DNA from: an uncultured Candidatus Babeliaceae bacterium
Lineage (GTDB): Bacteria > Babelota > Babeliae > Babelales > Babelaceae
Length of the DNA: 64,000 bases
NCBI GenBank assembly: GCA_963704655.1
Contig: OY969927.1
Coordinates: 32,001 to 96,000 of the forward strand
Direction of reading: 5' to 3'
Made by a program: the position numbers and the translations under genes. Position 1 is the first letter of the stretch, and every line of letters starts with the position of its first letter. Positions 63,336 through 64,000 of the stretch are shown here, in pieces. Below the pieces are notes generated by a model, which made no database searches, was not told the DNA's origin, and saw nothing but the letters and a program-made list of their open reading frames with translations.

Positions 63336-64000
63336 TTAAACTTTATTTATTTCATAGGCGGTTTTATAAGCTTCTCGGTGTTCGGTATCAGCAATCTCTT
63401 CAAAAGTTGGGTTTCCCTGTAAATCAACTTTATAGCTTGTTGGCTTGCTAATTCCGGTACTTTTTATTGCATCGCCGTGCCAATGGTGCGCATGTTCTGG
63501 ATGTTTAATTTCACTCCATTCTTGGGCACCGGTAAAATTCTCACCTAAATTTTGCCAGTGTAATGCCTGTTCTAAAAATGGTATGTTAAAACAATCGCAA
63601 AACATCCGCACTGTTTCTTGTGGATTGTTATACAGGTCTTCCGTAAATATAATTACTGGTTTATTAACGGCAACATCTTTAACTTTTTCAAAAATCTCAT
63701 AACTTGATTGGTAACCAATTAAATCGTTAAGTTTTTTATCAAGACGATGCATTTTTTTATAAAATGAGATAGTTGTGTCATGCGGCTTTCTGAGTAAAAA
63801 GACAAAATGGACATTCGGGTTATTCATAAACTCAGTATCTTCCAGTAAGAAATCTTTAACCGCAAAGCCCATCTCTTTGACAAATACCGGTGACTGCTCT
63901 GCAGCAGAAATAATCTGAGCTTGAACTTCTTGGTAGGATGCTGGGCTGTATTATAGTTTTGTTGTGCAGATAAGCCATGATCTGCAAGATTACGCACAGC
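63336..64000 (-). CDS. Sulfotransferase-like protein, truncated by window end, apparent frameshift near 63944
   Basis: PVFVKEM, FLLRKP..T..S, EDL..NP, WH..A..STG; in-frame stop upstream, adjacent frame open to window end. Confidence 0.65.

Noticed and set aside
63940-63955. Frameshift in the sulfotransferase-like gene as programmed recoding
   Set aside because: One missing base in a 3-nt run with no slippery motif; other homopolymer anomalies suggest sequencing error or a pseudogene

Overview
AT-rich bacterial chromosome segment. The gene content and divergent 16S suggest Dependentiae/Babeliae (TM6, intracellular parasites of protists); this is an inference, not a database match. The window holds housekeeping genes (ftsI, ftsL-like, bamA, cysS, trxA, lysS, prfB, sodA, murA, atpG, tsaE), one rRNA operon (16S, tRNA-Ile, tRNA-Ala, 23S, 5S), a second standalone 5S and five scattered tRNAs. 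Many ORFs of unknown function start with signal peptides. Main observations: (1) a signal-peptide gene cluster of one NDK-like and three paralogous ADP-ribosyltransferase-like genes, divergent from a Nudix gene; (2) SpeD and SpeE both carry signal-peptide-like N-termini, and speD sits between two 5S copies; (3) two families of small palindromic repeats, one inserted in frame in cysS and supplying the ftsL C-terminus, the other folding back onto tRNA CCA ends; (4) several genes or repeats flanked by duplicated terminators or gene ends, including a duplicate gene end that differs only synonymously; (5) effector candidates with C2H2 zinc finger, U-box-like/Sel1 and ankyrin features. Several single-base homopolymer frameshifts may be assembly errors.
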